Shown here: positions 19,852 through 29,531 of the stretch, piece after piece | Position numbering within the stretch: position 1 is the stretch's first letter | How the letters are laid out: each line of letters opens with the position of its first letter | Source: Psychrobacter sp. DM4 | GTDB taxonomy: Bacteria; Pseudomonadota; Gammaproteobacteria; Pseudomonadales; Moraxellaceae | NCBI RefSeq assembly: GCF_051307035.1 | Contig: NZ_CP195536.1 | Span: 2,460,001-2,492,000, forward strand | Reading direction: 5' to 3' | Length of the DNA stretch: 32,000 nt | Translations under genes and position numbers: made by a program | The notes under the pieces: generated by a model | What the model was told of the DNA's origin: nothing | The model's input: only the letters and a program-made list of their open reading frames with translations | Database searches by the model: none

Positions 19852-20826
19852 CTATTTGACTGTCCTATCTAAATAGCTGACGACCTGTGCACGGACATCG
19901 TTTACCCAGCGCAGCGGCGGCGCCATTGCACCAATACTGGTAGCGTGACTAGCACCTTTAATTTGACCTCTTTCAACGGTGACACCCTTGTCTTTTAACG
20001 CTTGAGTCATCTTGACCGTATTGGTATCGTAGACAATTTTGTCATTCTCAGCGGTGAGTAGCAGATATGGCGGCTGTGACCCTTTGATTTGTCTATCTGG
20101 CATCACCTCATCTGGCGTTGCATTTTCATCAAAGGCACTGGCACTACTGAACTTACGAAAATCATAGCTGTAAGGGCCTGCAATACCAACGACGGCGCTG
20201 ATATCACTCGGCTTGATACCATAGGGTGCTAAAAAGTCTTCGTTTGAGACAGCAGCAACCGCATTAAAAGCGCCTGCCGAATGTCCGACGACTGCAAAAC
20301 GCTCAGGATCCGCATAGTAATTTTTGGCATTATCATAGCTCCAAGCAATAGCTTTTGCAGCATCTTCGACATAATCGGGATAGACGTGCTCGGGTGCTTT
20401 GCGGTAGTTGATGACCGCAGTAATATAGCCTGCTTGCGCTAGACTCTGACCGACAAAAGCATACTCTTCCTTGTTACCACTCTCCCAAGAACCCCCATGG
20501 ACAAACACGACCATCGGATAAGTATCACTGATAACTTGCTGCGACTTCATCGCTTTTGCTAATGGCTTTGGGTAATAAATGTCCAGATCTTGCAGATGCT
20601 CATCACCGTACAAAATATCTTTACTCACGCCTACGCCGCCACTTGAGGTGATACCGTTTACGATAGCTAGTGCTGATAGCGCTTGCGCTTGCTGCGTTGC
20701 AATCGCAACACCGCCTAGTGCAACAGCAGTGCTAATACCTATGGCACTCAAACCAAATTTTCGTGGTTTATTAAACTGCTTAACATCGGTATCTGATTGT
20801 GTTTTGTTACGATTATTCATAGCCAT
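19852..20826 (-). CDS. Secreted alpha/beta hydrolase (esterase/lipase, HGG type)
   Basis: 324 aa. It has an N-terminal signal-like segment (...AVALGGVAIATQQAQALSA...), the oxyanion motif VFVHGGSWESG and the nucleophile elbow VVGHSAGA. Confidence 0.8.
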   Translation of the reverse strand: MAMNNRNKTQSDTDVKQFNKPRKFGLSAIGISTAVALGGVAIATQQAQALSALAIVNGITSSGGVGVSKDILYGDEHLQDLDIYYPKPLAKAMKSQQVISDTYPMVVFVHGGSWESGNKEEYAFVGQSLAQAGYITAVINYRKAPEHVYPDYVEDAAKAIAWSYDNAKNYYADPERFAVVGHSAGAFNAVAAVSNEDFLAPYGIKPSDISAVVGIAGPYSYDFRKFSSASAFDENATPDEVMPDRQIKGSQPPYLLLTAENDKIVYDTNTVKMTQALKDKGVTVERGQIKGASHATSIGAMAPPLRWVNDVRAQVVSYLDRTVK

Positions 20827-21013
20827 TGTTCCTATATTATTTTGATATCAGTCAGCGTTAGGAATACTACGTCGACTGCTTCTTTTTTTACTAGTTATAG
20901 TGTAATGGCTATCACTATTACTATCGTGCTTTTACTGTTATCTATATTTAGGGTTATTGTGATTGACACGGTACTAGGCTCGCATACAACTTTTGAGCGC
21001 GCGCAACCTTAGA

Positions 21014-21907
21014 TTATTGGTCCTTGTATAGATCGATATAAGGACTTGAAGTACCTTGATTAACCGTTGGGTTTTGATCAAGAGTTGAATTTTGGTTCGT
21101 ATCTTGATTTTGGTCAATAGGAGAGCTTTGATTTGTAGTTATTGGATTTATCGGCTGAGTACTCGAGCTATTTGGACGATTTGATGTAGTATCACGCTGC
21201 CTAATGATAGGTTGAGCGGGCATCTCACTTGCTGCCTCTGTCGTCAGATTACTCTCAAACATAATGTCATCATCGCCAATCTTGATACCTCTATCGTCCA
21301 CTACTGTAGTCAAAAGCACCAACTCTGTTACACCAACGGTGTCATTAGCGATATCTATCAAATGGCTTTGCTGCGTTGGAGTCAGGCGTCCCATAAGGTA
21401 GACCACCCCATTATTGCTAACGGCTTTGATTTGTGAGGCTTTGACGCCGTCGTTCGCCGCCGCTTTGGCCACTAGTTTTGAGGTGATATAACCATCTTGT
21501 ACCGTTGAGCTGTACCCACGCGCCACGCCGACATTTAACTCGTTGTAAACGGCTCGCACATCTGGCATGGAGCTGATGACCTTTTCGACTTGAGTTTTTA
21601 GCGTCTCGCTAGGCACTTCACCAGTGAGCAAAACTTCACTATTAAAACTATCGATACTCATTCGGCTGTTTTGTTGCAAATTCTCTTGTAAACCATATAC
21701 ATTAATCTTGGCAGTATGCTCGATACTGCGATCAAGAAGGCGCTGCGGTATAGTGCGCTCCGTGACAGGCACGCCATAAGTACCCTCGGTGCTATTGGTC
21801 AAATAGTTAGTTGTACAGCCTGTCATCGCTATACTGGCAGCAAGTGCTAAGCTAACGGTGACTTTATATGGTAAAGGTTTGGTAGCATTTGCATACGTCC
21901 GTGTCAT
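21014..21907 (-). CDS. BON-domain outer-membrane lipoprotein (DolP/YraP-like) with a Gln/Asn/Thr-rich C-terminal extension
   Basis: 297 aa. It has a lipobox-like ...IAMTGC..., two BON-like repeats (...MPDVRAVYNELNV... and ...GVVYLMGRLT...) and a neighbouring yraN/rsmI pair as at the E. coli yraP locus. The C-terminal ~80 aa are low complexity. Confidence 0.75.
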   Translation of the reverse strand: MTRTYANATKPLPYKVTVSLALAASIAMTGCTTNYLTNSTEGTYGVPVTERTIPQRLLDRSIEHTAKINVYGLQENLQQNSRMSIDSFNSEVLLTGEVPSETLKTQVEKVISSMPDVRAVYNELNVGVARGYSSTVQDGYITSKLVAKAAANDGVKASQIKAVSNNGVVYLMGRLTPTQQSHLIDIANDTVGVTELVLLTTVVDDRGIKIGDDDIMFESNLTTEAASEMPAQPIIRQRDTTSNRPNSSSTQPINPITTNQSSPIDQNQDTNQNSTLDQNPTVNQGTSSPYIDLYKDQ

Positions 21908-22044
21908 GGTTTACTCCATCAAGTAGTGTCGATTTATTCAATTTTATTGTAATTGAATAGGTTATCTCATTTTTATCGTTAGTCGTGATAGCTCAGAGTA
22001 TCGGCTTGATAAAACCGTTTAATTTTTTGTTCGTTGTACATTTT

Positions 22045-22551
22045 TTACCATGCTGCGGCAACAAAAGCGCCTACCAGCCACTCTGGCGAAGGATCAGTGT
22101 TGCGACTCTCTTTATTATCAGATAAAGCGGGATTCAAGGTTGACCCATTATAAGCGAGTACATCAAAACGACAGTCATAATCTGCGTATTTAGGATACTG
22201 CTGTAAGAAGTACTTAGCCGCCTTGATAATCTTTTTTTGTTTGGCTTGGGTCACGCTTGTCGCTGCATCGCCAAACCCTGAGCGCTTGCGCTGACGCACC
22301 TCGACAAAGACTAAAACCGGCCACGCGACTCCCGCCTCTAACATGACCAAATCAAGCTCGCCAACTTTGGGCTGCTGCCAGTTTTGGGCGATTAGTGTCA
22401 AACCTTTTGCTTGCAAAAACAGGCAAGCTTGCTGCTCGAAATATCCGCCTTGACGCTGTTTGGGTGAAGACAGCTGTAGCGCACGCTTGGTCATATTAGA
22501 ACGACTTTGGTCACAGTCTTTGCCAGTTTTGTCTTTGCCAAGATCAGCCAT
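22045..22551 (-). CDS. yraN: YraN family (UPF0102) endonuclease-like protein
   Basis: The core ...GGYFEQQACLFLQAKGLTLIAQNW...GELDLVM...LVFVEVRQRK...CRFDVLAY... parallels E. coli YraN. The tracked ORF start (22629) overlaps rsmI and is unlikely. ATG at 22551 has a GAGGA SD; ATG at 22494 is an alternative. Confidence 0.8.
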   Translation of the reverse strand: MADLGKDKTGKDCDQSRSNMTKRALQLSSPKQRQGGYFEQQACLFLQAKGLTLIAQNWQQPKVGELDLVMLEAGVAWPVLVFVEVRQRKRSGFGDAATSVTQAKQKKIIKAAKYFLQQYPKYADYDCRFDVLAYNGSTLNPALSDNKESRNTDPSPEWLVGAFVAAAW

Positions 22552-22686
22552 AATGCCGACGTCCTCACCTGAACATTTCATAATTATCATAGCACAACAT
22601 GCTAAACTAGCCATCCTAATACCTTGCATTTATGCTTTGGTGCTTTTTTACGGTTTAATTTACTGTCCAACTGTCTTGAGGTCTTC

Positions 22687-23643
22687 ATGTCTACTGTTAC
22701 CGCGATGCCTGCTTGTCTTTATATCATCGCCACCCCTATCGGTAATTTGAGTGATATGACGCCGCACGCTATCGCAACCCTCAAGCAAGTCGCTATCATT
22801 GCCTGCGAAGACACGCGCACCTCTGGTAGATTGCTCTCGCACTTTGGCATCGATACCAAAAATAAAGCGGATGATGACTCTCAGAACAAGGCAAATACAG
22901 TAGATAAAGAAACAAAAAACGCTACAGATACCGACAGTAAGCCTCGCGGTCATAATAAACTATGGGCGTATCACGAGCACAATCATGCTATTCAAACACC
23001 CAAGATTATCGAGATGATCCAGCAAGGACACTCGGTCGCCCTCATCAGTGATGCCGGTACGCCTTTGGTCAGTGATCCCGGCTATCAGTTAGTGCAAGCT
23101 GCGCACGCAGCGGGCGTTACCGTCTCCCCTATCGTCGGTGCCTGTGCCGCTATTGGTGCGTTATCGGTCGCAGGTCTGCCCTCGGATCGATTTAGCTTCA
23201 TTGGGTTCTTGCCTGCCAAAACCCATGGTCGGCAAAAACAGCTTGAGGTGTTAAGTACGCGTACTGAGACATTGATATTTTATGAAGCGCCGCATCGTAT
23301 CGTCGCAAGTTTAGAAGATATGGCGGCGGTATTTGGTCATGATCGTGAAGTGACCTTTTGCCGCGAGCTGACCAAGACATTTGAGACGGTATACAAGTCA
23401 ACCCTCGGTGCGCTTATCGACTTTGTCAAAGCAGACGACAACCAGCAGCGCGGTGAGATCGTCCTGGTCGTTGCAGGCAACCATCAGGCAATGGATAATG
23501 ACGATATGAGCGTCCATGATAAGTTGCTACAGCGACTATTACTTGATTTATCCGTCAAAAAAGCCGCAGCGCTGGCGTCTGATATCACAGGCGTCAAAAA
23601 GAACGCTTTGTATCAGCGGTTGCTAGAATTACAAGATAAATAG
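22687..23643 (+). CDS. rsmI: 16S rRNA (cytidine1402-2'-O)-methyltransferase RsmI, with a 35-aa low-complexity insertion
   Basis: LYIIATPIGNLSDMT, ACEDTRTSGRLL, ISDAGTPLVSDPGY and PSDRFSFIGFLPAK parallel E. coli RsmI. ATG at 22687 has a GAGG SD. The tracked upstream extension (22624) is probably not translated. Confidence 0.9.
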   Translation: MSTVTAMPACLYIIATPIGNLSDMTPHAIATLKQVAIIACEDTRTSGRLLSHFGIDTKNKADDDSQNKANTVDKETKNATDTDSKPRGHNKLWAYHEHNHAIQTPKIIEMIQQGHSVALISDAGTPLVSDPGYQLVQAAHAAGVTVSPIVGACAAIGALSVAGLPSDRFSFIGFLPAKTHGRQKQLEVLSTRTETLIFYEAPHRIVASLEDMAAVFGHDREVTFCRELTKTFETVYKSTLGALIDFVKADDNQQRGEIVLVVAGNHQAMDNDDMSVHDKLLQRLLLDLSVKKAAALASDITGVKKNALYQRLLELQDK

Positions 23644-23697
23644 GCACTAAACAAAATCAAAATCTTAACACAGATAAAGGTATAGGAGAGTAAAGCG

Positions 23698-24729
23698 ATG
23701 TATGACGTAATGGCGATAGGTAATGCTCTGGTGGATCATGAATATATGCTGAGTGATGCAGCATTAGAAGACACTGACCTCATCAAAGGTCAGATGACGC
23801 TTGCTGATCTTAATGAACAACAAAAGCTATTGGCGTTTTTTAAACTCGCTGATATAGCACCTTCTAAGCAAGCAGGCGGCGGCTCAGCTGCCAATGCTAT
23901 GTATGTGTTCGCAAGCTTAGGCGGTCGCCCCTTTTACGCTTGCCGCGTGGGTGATGACAAGCCGGGGCAGTTCTACTTGCAAGACTTGCATGAGGCAGGC
24001 GTTGCGACCTCAGAGCAGTCGATACATACAGGCGGCGTGACAGGATCGTGCGTCGTTGCAGTCACTGAAGATGGCGAGCGCACCATGCAGACTTATCTTG
24101 GTACCTCAAGCGAGATTACCGAAGCTAATGTTGATTTTGAGGCGTTGACTCAAGCTGATTGGTTGTATCTGGAAGGCTATTTGGCAATGTCTGAGGGCAT
24201 ACAGCCTGCGATGACCAAATTGCGCCAACAAGCGGGCATCAATGGTGCCAAGATTGCAGTCAGTTTTGCTGACCCTGCTGTGGTGCAGTTCGCCAAAGAT
24301 GGTTTGCTTAATATGCTTGGCAATAAAGTTGAGATCATATTTTGTAATAGCGAAGAGGCCAAAGCGTTTACGGATAAAAAACAGGTGAAGGCGGCGGCTC
24401 GTGCCTTACTTGAGTACTGCCAAATTGCGGTGGTAACTGATGGCGCCAATGATACTATCATTGCTGAGGGTAGCGGCTCACAGAGCAATGAGCAAACCGA
24501 TATTCTCATTCATGAAGTACCTACCCCTACCGTTGTAGATGTCATTGATACCAATGGCGCAGGTGATAATTACTCTGGAGCGTTTTTATACGCGTTGTCA
24601 CAGCATTACAGTTTGCCTGAATGTGGTCGTCTGGCAGGCGAGATATCCGCGCAGGTGATTCAACAGTTCGGGCCGCGTCTTGGCTCACAAGATTACAAAG
24701 ATATTGCTAAGCGCGTATTAACGGTTTAG
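23698..24729 (+). CDS. PfkB-family carbohydrate/nucleoside kinase (adenosine-kinase-like)
   Basis: 343 aa with an N-terminal AIGNALVD and the C-terminal anion-hole motif DTNGAGDNYSGAF typical of ribokinase/PfkB kinases. AGGAG SD. Substrate cannot be assigned by eye. Confidence 0.75.
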   Translation: MYDVMAIGNALVDHEYMLSDAALEDTDLIKGQMTLADLNEQQKLLAFFKLADIAPSKQAGGGSAANAMYVFASLGGRPFYACRVGDDKPGQFYLQDLHEAGVATSEQSIHTGGVTGSCVVAVTEDGERTMQTYLGTSSEITEANVDFEALTQADWLYLEGYLAMSEGIQPAMTKLRQQAGINGAKIAVSFADPAVVQFAKDGLLNMLGNKVEIIFCNSEEAKAFTDKKQVKAAARALLEYCQIAVVTDGANDTIIAEGSGSQSNEQTDILIHEVPTPTVVDVIDTNGAGDNYSGAFLYALSQHYSLPECGRLAGEISAQVIQQFGPRLGSQDYKDIAKRVLTV

Positions 24730-24773
24730 ATGCGACAACTTTGCCTTATAGTATTTTAAAACCATAGCACGCT

Positions 24774-24809
24774 AAAAAAAGCCCGTATCGATAGGATACG
24801 GGCTTTTTT
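24774..24809. terminator. Bidirectional rho-independent terminator between the kinase gene and metY
   Basis: Perfect 9-bp GC-rich stem gcccgtatc/gatacgggc with a 5-nt loop, flanked by A7 (24774-24780) and T6 (24804-24809). Confidence 0.85.
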
Positions 24810-24853
24810 ATGAGCTTATCTCAACACTATTAAAACTAAGCCGATGCCAGTTA

Positions 24854-26173
24854 CTATGCCGATGCTAACGCTTGTTCTAAGTCAGCTTTGATATCTTCGA
24901 TATGCTCAATACCAATGGATAGACGTACCATATCTTCGCTTACGCCTGCTTGCTCAAGCTCTTGACCATTGAGCTGACGATGAGTCGTTGTCGCAGGGTG
25001 GCTTGCCAAAGATTTGGCATCGCCGATATTGACTAGACGTGTGATGAGTTGCAAAGCGTCGATAAAGCGTGCGCCTGCCTCGCGCCCTCCCCCTTCTTTA
25101 TCACTTCGAACGCCAAAAGTTAAGATAGCAGACGGCGTACCTTTCATGTATTTTTTGGCAAGCTCATGATCTGGGTGATCAGACAAACCTGCATACTTAA
25201 TCCAAGCGACCTTGTCATGATCACGTAGGTATTCAGCGACCGCTTGCGCGTTTTGTACATGACGCTCCATACGTAGGCTCAGCGTCTCTATCCCTTGCAA
25301 GATACTAAAGGCATTGAGTGGACTGAGTGCTGCACCTGTATTGCGTAATGGAGCCACGCGAGCACGCGCAATAAATGCCGCCGCGCCGACGTCTTTGACG
25401 AAGTTAACACCGTGGTAGCTCACATCTGGTGTATTAAGTAGCGGGAAACGCTCTGGATAACCTCCCCAAGCAAAATTACCACTATCTATAATAGCGCCGC
25501 CGATTGAGGTGCCCGTCCCACTCATATATTTGGTCAAAGAGTGAATGACGATATCTGCGCCAAATTCAAACGGGCGACATAGCGCAGGCGTAGCTACGGT
25601 ATTGTCAATAAAGACAGGAACGCCGTACTCATGAGCGATATTACTAACTGCCTGAATATCGATGATATTACCCAGTGGATTACCGATGCTCTCGGCAAAC
25701 ACCATTTTTGTTTTGTCATCGATTAGGTCACGAATGGACTCAGGATTGTTATGATCAAAGAAGCGCACCTCTATCCCTTGACGCGGTAAAGTGTGCGCGA
25801 ACAGATTGTAAGTACCGCCATACAAGGTCGATACCGCAACGATATTATCGCCCATCTCACAGATCGTTTGCACCGCATAAGTAATCGCCGCCATTCCAGA
25901 AGCTACTGCAAGACCGCCTATACCGCCCTCTAGTGCTGCGACGCGCTCTTCTAATACCGCGTTGGTCGGATTCATAATACGGGTGTAAATATTGCCTGCA
26001 ACTTTTAAATCAAATAAGTCAGCGCCATGCTGAGTATTATCAAACGCATAAGAGCTGGTATGATAAATGGGTACGGCGACTGCTCTGGTCGTCGGCTCGA
26101 CACTATAGCCTGCGTGGATAGCGAGAGTCTCTAAACGCTGTGTTGGAGCATTATTTGCTTGGTCATCACTCAT
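24854..26173 (-). CDS. metY: O-acetylhomoserine sulfhydrylase (aminocarboxypropyltransferase), PLP-dependent
   Basis: About 439 aa of the Cys/Met-metabolism PLP family, with the PLP-lysine context HSLTKYMSGTGTSIGG. Length and sequence are MetY/MetZ-like. The third-codon ATG (26173) has better SD spacing than 26179. Confidence 0.85.
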   Translation of the reverse strand: MSDDQANNAPTQRLETLAIHAGYSVEPTTRAVAVPIYHTSSYAFDNTQHGADLFDLKVAGNIYTRIMNPTNAVLEERVAALEGGIGGLAVASGMAAITYAVQTICEMGDNIVAVSTLYGGTYNLFAHTLPRQGIEVRFFDHNNPESIRDLIDDKTKMVFAESIGNPLGNIIDIQAVSNIAHEYGVPVFIDNTVATPALCRPFEFGADIVIHSLTKYMSGTGTSIGGAIIDSGNFAWGGYPERFPLLNTPDVSYHGVNFVKDVGAAAFIARARVAPLRNTGAALSPLNAFSILQGIETLSLRMERHVQNAQAVAEYLRDHDKVAWIKYAGLSDHPDHELAKKYMKGTPSAILTFGVRSDKEGGGREAGARFIDALQLITRLVNIGDAKSLASHPATTTHRQLNGQELEQAGVSEDMVRLSIGIEHIEDIKADLEQALASA

Positions 26174-26236
26174 GAACATTCCTTGTTATTTATCAAGTAA
26201 AAGATAATGCAAACCGCACTATCAAAATTTGCGCAC

Positions 26237-26271
26237 AAAAAAAGCTGAGTTAATCATAACCCAGCTTTTTT
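26237..26271 (-). terminator. Rho-independent terminator between nfuA and metY
   Basis: Minus strand reads GCTGGGTT-ATGATT-AACTCAGC (8-bp stem, one G-U pair) followed by T7. It lies 58 nt after the nfuA stop and 64 nt before the metY start. Confidence 0.75.
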
Positions 26272-26329
26272 ATGAAAAGAACCATAAGTCTTTGCTTTTA
26301 TAATTCCGATTAGGAATATCTACAAAGTT

Positions 26330-27019
26330 TTATTTATAATACGCGTTTTCTGTCAACGTATGATCCGTCTCATCGATAACTTGAGTCAGCTCTGGTATTT
26401 GCTGCTTTAGTTGCACCTCAACCCCTTGACGCAAGGTCATATCGACCGCTGAACAGCCTTGACAGCCACCGCCGAACTTGAGTACTGCGGTAAGACCGAT
26501 GCCTTCTTCTTCAATCAGTTCAAGCAATTGAACATCACCGCCGTGAGCGGCTAGGCTTGGGTTAATCTCAGACTGCAAGACGTAGTTGATACGCTCCTCA
26601 ACACTGGCATCTGCGCCGACTTTTGGCACTTTTGAGTTTGGCGCGCGAAACGTCAACTGACCGCCAAAGCGGTCTTTATTGTAGTCGATGACCGCATCTT
26701 CTAAATAAGGCACTGACGCGGCATCAATAAACGCAGCAAAGCTGTCATAACTAAATTTCAGATCCGCACTGTCTTCTTCGCCCGGCTGATTATACGCCAT
26801 GCAGCACTCAGCACGGGGCGTGCCTGGATGCTCAACAAAGATACGTACGCCAATGCCATCCGTATCTTGCTTGGATAATAAGTCCGCAAGATAGCCTTGC
26901 GCGGCTTCAGTAATGGTAATATTACTCTTAGTCTCAGTCTGCTCGGTGTCCAAGGCTGACTCAAACTCAGCAGGATTTTGCTCCGCTGGAGCGGTTTCGT
27001 TTGGGTTATATTCACTCAT
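26330..27019 (-). CDS. nfuA: Fe-S cluster carrier protein NfuA (with an acidic N-terminal extension)
   Basis: An A-type-like N-domain and a Nfu C-domain with GGGCQGCS (CXXC) parallel E. coli NfuA. ATG at 27017-27019 has an AGGAAG SD. About 33 extra N-terminal residues relative to E. coli. Confidence 0.88.
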   Translation of the reverse strand: MSEYNPNETAPAEQNPAEFESALDTEQTETKSNITITEAAQGYLADLLSKQDTDGIGVRIFVEHPGTPRAECCMAYNQPGEEDSADLKFSYDSFAAFIDAASVPYLEDAVIDYNKDRFGGQLTFRAPNSKVPKVGADASVEERINYVLQSEINPSLAAHGGDVQLLELIEEEGIGLTAVLKFGGGCQGCSAVDMTLRQGVEVQLKQQIPELTQVIDETDHTLTENAYYK

Positions 27020-27456
27020 AATGCTTCCTATCCGTTGAGACATAGATGCTGTTTTTTTGCATCTAGTTGTCGAAGTAAAAATATGCTGAGTATCGAGTGT
27101 TCATGCTCATCTAGCGCAGTCGATCATTTTGGAATGTATGTCTAGTATAGCGTATCTAGCAGCTAATTCCGACCGTGCTACTGTGATTTAAACAAGGTTA
27201 GGCTCTGGAGCTTCTTTTTAGAATGTATGCCGTCTTATCAAACTAGTTTGTAAAGAAGATCATCATAAATAAGAGCATCAATCAGAGTGTAGCCATCAAG
27301 ATTACTACTGACCTTTATATTAAGACGCTTGGGTGAATTATCAAGCGCGCCTATGTATTAAGACAAAGTAATACATTGAGACTAATAAAGAGTGACAAAT
27401 CAGTTATGCTAGCCATTCTTATGTCAGCCAACGCATGATCTCAAGCGAGCCCTCTC

Positions 27457-28377
27457 ATGATAACAGAGCATCTAACCTTTATTCCGACATCTGATAACGA
27501 GACAATCGCTATTTGGACGATAACTGATGACAAGGATAAACCTACTACCTCAAAGCGGCAAAATATATTTTTGACGCACGGCACTTTTTCAGACAAAGGC
27601 GTATGTATGGGCATCGCAAGCTACCTGGCTGCTCTTGGTCATATTTGCTATATCATGGAATGGCGCGGACATGGTCATAGCCCTATCCCGCAGCACAAGT
27701 TCAAGTCTGAGACCATCGCGCTTTTAGATTATGAGGCAAGCTTTCGGTATATGTTCGATGAGCTAAAATTAGACCATTTGCACACCGTTACTCATAGTGG
27801 CGGCGGACTTTGTCTGACTATGTTTTTAACTCAAAATCAGCAATACATAGATAAGATAAATAGCGCGACCTTTTTTGCTTGTCAAGCCTATGGCGCTGCG
27901 CTAAGTCCTGTGAGTTACGTAAAAGTCATGAGCGCCAAGATACTCAACAGACTCTATGGTTATATCCCAGCCAAAAAATTCAAGCTAGGTCCTGTCAATG
28001 AGAGCTACTACACGATGGTACAATGGTATGACTGGAACTTGCATAAAAACTTTAAGAGTGACCTTATAAAAACAGATGGCAGTGTCAGAGAAGATGATGA
28101 CTCTCTTGATGACCGTTTTGACTATCAAACATACATGTCAAAAATCACCATACCTATCTACGCCATCAGTGGTAGCGGTGATCGATTTATTGCCCCAAGT
28201 AAAGGCTGTAAATTGCTCTTAAACGATTTCAATCATGATAAAAATGTATTTCGAGAATATTCAACACGTAATGGTGATTTGGAAGATTACACCCATAGCC
28301 GTATCATAATCAGTCGCAATGCGGCCAAAGAGATTTGGCCAACAGTAGCGACTTGGATTGAGAAGTATGCGACGTAG
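27457..28377 (+). CDS. Alpha/beta hydrolase, unknown substrate
   Basis: 306 aa with a putative oxyanion HG (FLTHGTFS), a nucleophile elbow THSGGG, an acid in SGSGDRFI and His in DYTHSRII. There is no obvious SD at the ATG. Confidence 0.65.
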   Translation: MITEHLTFIPTSDNETIAIWTITDDKDKPTTSKRQNIFLTHGTFSDKGVCMGIASYLAALGHICYIMEWRGHGHSPIPQHKFKSETIALLDYEASFRYMFDELKLDHLHTVTHSGGGLCLTMFLTQNQQYIDKINSATFFACQAYGAALSPVSYVKVMSAKILNRLYGYIPAKKFKLGPVNESYYTMVQWYDWNLHKNFKSDLIKTDGSVREDDDSLDDRFDYQTYMSKITIPIYAISGSGDRFIAPSKGCKLLLNDFNHDKNVFREYSTRNGDLEDYTHSRIIISRNAAKEIWPTVATWIEKYAT

Positions 28378-28478
28378 CCTTAAACATCTTTATACTTGTC
28401 AGGCGCCGAGTACCTATGTCAGTATGAGCGTCATTATAAATACATACTAACATTGTTCGACGTAGGGAATGAACGCAT

Positions 28479-29531
28479 ATGAGTGAATCGTCAACAAACA
28501 GTACAGATAATAAAAGTAACCAGCATTATAAGTACCTCGTCTTTATCGGACGTTTCCAGCCTTTTCATTGCGGTCATGAGGCTGTCGTTGACGAGGCACT
28601 CAAACGTGCAGATAACGTCATTATACTCATCGGCTCTGCTAATTTGCCCCGTAGTCTTCGTAACCCGTTCTCGGTGAGTGAACGGACGGCCATGATCAAG
28701 GGCGCGTACTCAGATGAAGATGCAGCGCGCATTCATTGCGTGGCTTTGGATGATGCGCTATACAACGACACGCGCTGGCTCAAATACGTACAAGCAGGCG
28801 TGCGCTCAGTCACCAACGATTTGCATGCTGATATTGGCTTGATTGGTCACTCAAAAGACAGCTCTTCTTATTACTTGTCGCTATTTCCTAATTGGGCGTC
28901 GGTCTCTGTGCCGAACTACCATAATCTATCAGCCACACCTATTCGTGATAGCTATCTGATGGGTGCTATGCCGACACCTGAGCGCACGCCCGATGCCACT
29001 CGTGAGGTATTAAGTGAGTTTAAAGAAACCGCTGAATATAAGCAGTTGCACGAGGAAGCTGGCTTTATCGATAAGTATAAAAAACAATGGGAATCCGCGC
29101 CTTATCCGCCGACCTTTATGACGGCTGACGCGTTAGTCGTGCAATCAGGACATATCTTACTCGTTGAGCGCCGTAGTATGCCAGGACGCGGACTTTGGGC
29201 GCTGCCGGGTGGATTCTTAAACCCAAAAGAGACGCTGTTTGATGCCTGTATTCGTGAGCTACGCGAAGAGACGCGGCTCAAAGTGCCAGAACCTGTACTG
29301 CGCGGCTCGTTTCACAGCCAGCATACCTTTGATGATCCGTACCGCTCTGCGCGCGGTCGCACCATTACCCAAGCGTTTTATTTACAACTCAAAAGTGATG
29401 CCAAAGGCTTACCGAAGGTAAAGGGTGGCGATGACGCGGCGACCGCATTTTGGCTGCCACTAGCTGAATTGGATGCTCGAATGATGTTTGAAGACCATTA
29501 CGCGATTATCACCAAGATGGTCGGACTTTAA
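28479..29531 (+). CDS. nadM: Bifunctional NMN adenylyltransferase / Nudix ADP-ribose pyrophosphatase
   Basis: 350 aa. The N-terminal nucleotidyltransferase motif is FIGRFQPFHCGH. The C-terminal Nudix box is LPGGFLNPKETLFDACIRELREETRL. The architecture is as in Acinetobacter/Francisella NadM. Confidence 0.88.
   Translation: MSESSTNSTDNKSNQHYKYLVFIGRFQPFHCGHEAVVDEALKRADNVIILIGSANLPRSLRNPFSVSERTAMIKGAYSDEDAARIHCVALDDALYNDTRWLKYVQAGVRSVTNDLHADIGLIGHSKDSSSYYLSLFPNWASVSVPNYHNLSATPIRDSYLMGAMPTPERTPDATREVLSEFKETAEYKQLHEEAGFIDKYKKQWESAPYPPTFMTADALVVQSGHILLVERRSMPGRGLWALPGGFLNPKETLFDACIRELREETRLKVPEPVLRGSFHSQHTFDDPYRSARGRTITQAFYLQLKSDAKGLPKVKGGDDAATAFWLPLAELDARMMFEDHYAIITKMVGL

Noticed and set aside
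20994-21008. Alternating GC tract (gagcgcgcgcaac) downstream of the dolP-like gene, considered as a terminator or Z-DNA element.
   Set aside because: It is only about 8 bp of alternation, with no flanking stem or U-tract. That is too short to mean anything.
20905-21012. 35-aa hydrophobic mini-ORF (MAITITIVLLLLSIFRVIVIDTVLGSHTTFERAQP) on the plus strand. It fills the esterase-dolP intergenic region and is part of tracked ORF 20797-21012. It is superficially like a type I toxin. A weak hairpin plus T-run lies nearby on the plus strand at about 20848-20889.
   Set aside because: It has no SD and no recognisable promoter. The hydrophobicity is explained by a T-rich intergenic sequence. The nearby hairpin has two central mismatches. 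It would only be worth revisiting if RNA-seq showed a plus-strand transcript here.
22552-22686. Overlapping divergent N-terminal extensions of yraN (to 22629) and rsmI (from 22624).
   Set aside because: Both conserved cores start further in. Good SDs precede the internal ATGs at 22551 and 22687. The extensions would overlap each other on opposite strands in what should be the shared promoter region.
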